DNA of 64,000 bases, taken from Narcine bancroftii. Its lineage: Eukaryota. A program made the position numbers and the translations under genes. The stretch's first letter is position 1. The number at the start of each line of letters is the position of its first letter. The DNA lies in NCBI RefSeq assembly GCF_036971445.1, contig NC_091469.1, forward strand, positions 288,982,001 through 289,046,000. The letters are read 5' to 3'. The notes beneath the pieces were generated by a model, which had not been told where the DNA came from, did not search any database, and saw only the letters and a program-made list of their open reading frames with translations. This document shows, one piece after another, positions 63,050-64,000 of this stretch.

Positions 63050-63865
63050 TATTTGTCATATTGTCATATGATGAGTACATTTACACCAAAATTCTTGCTA
63101 CAACTAAGACATACCAAATAAAGTACCACAATATGGCAAGAGAGAAAAAGAGATCATGAATATGAAAGGAAAAATAAGTAAATTAATGAACATTTCTGAC
63201 ATGCAGATAGATCTTTTGTGGTCCCAGAGCAGTTGATGGTGAGGGTTAGAGTAGAAAAGGAAGGTTCAAGAGCCTGATAACTGTTGGGAAATAAACTATT
63301 CTTGAACCTAGAGGTGCTGCTCTTGAGGCTTTTGTATCTTCTGCCCATTGGTGGCAGTGAGGAGAAGTTGTGACCAAGGCAGTGGGTGTCCTTTATGATG
63401 TTGGCTACTTTTATTTTAGGCACACGGCATGGTAACAGGCCCTTTCGGCCCACGAGCCTGTGCTGCCCAGTTAACCTACAACCTGAGTAGGTTTTTAATT
63501 TTGAAAGGAAGGAAGAATCTGGAGAAAACCCATGCAGACACGGGGAGGACGTACAAACTCCTTTCAGACAGCATTGGATTCAAACCCTGGTCACTGCCGC
63601 TGGAACAACATTGGGCTAACTTGTGCCGTACTGAAGCAGCTTCCCATATAAATGTATTCGGTTCACCTGTAATGTCTGTTAGAGTGTCTGGTGACATGCC
63701 AAATCTCCCTAGGCTCTTTAGAAAGTCGAGCCCTCCTCCACGTTTGCCACAACTCCAGGAGAAGCCCTCAGTATGTAGACTTCCAGAGACTTGCTAACCC
63801 TCTCCACCTTCTTCCCATCAATGAGGACGGGTGTGTGGTTCCTCGACCTCCCCTTCCTGAAGTCA
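63050..63865 (-). mobile_element. Rex1/Babar LINE fragment split by a V-SINE (about 63415-63630)
   Basis: ANIIKD.H..GHN..SLPPMGRRYKSLKSSTSRFKNSLFP; upstream part ..DFRKG..HTPVLIDG..VERV..; SINE tail, V-domain and head in between. Confidence 0.75.
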
Positions 63866-64000
63866 TGACACTGTTGCTCAAGAAATATCATATATTTCTC
63901 TGGGGCCAGGTTTCAGCTACAGCTACAGTCCTGATAATGGCGCGCTGGCGAGCCTGTGCTGCCCAGTTAACCTACAACCTGAGTAGGTTTTTAATTTTGA

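Overview
Vertebrate nuclear DNA, most likely from a cartilaginous fish (inferred from HE1-like V-SINEs, CR1 and Rex1/Babar LINEs and palindromic Penelope-derived repeats). The only host gene I can support is the 5' end of a spondin-1 (F-spondin) family gene on the + strand: three coding exons (50808-51009, 53621-53727, 62038-62171) with canonical GT-AG sites and compatible phases, encoding a signal peptide and most of the Reeler domain. The gene continues beyond the window. The 50 kb upstream and the introns are mostly transposon debris: Rex1/Babar, CR1, RTE and Tx1 LINE fragments, about 18 tRNA-derived SINEs, a Gypsy 3' end with LTR, Chapaev3-like, hAT-like and pogo-like DNA elements, and several mini/microsatellites. 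There are three N gaps near exon 1. Most notable observations: many Penelope-derived termini carrying degenerate minimal hammerhead-ribozyme motifs, a composite MITE-spacer-MITE unit found at three loci, a 1.5-kb minisatellite that arose inside a LINE, and a Chapaev3-like deletion derivative with intact ends. TE boundaries are approximate. I see no convincing wholly new biological system.
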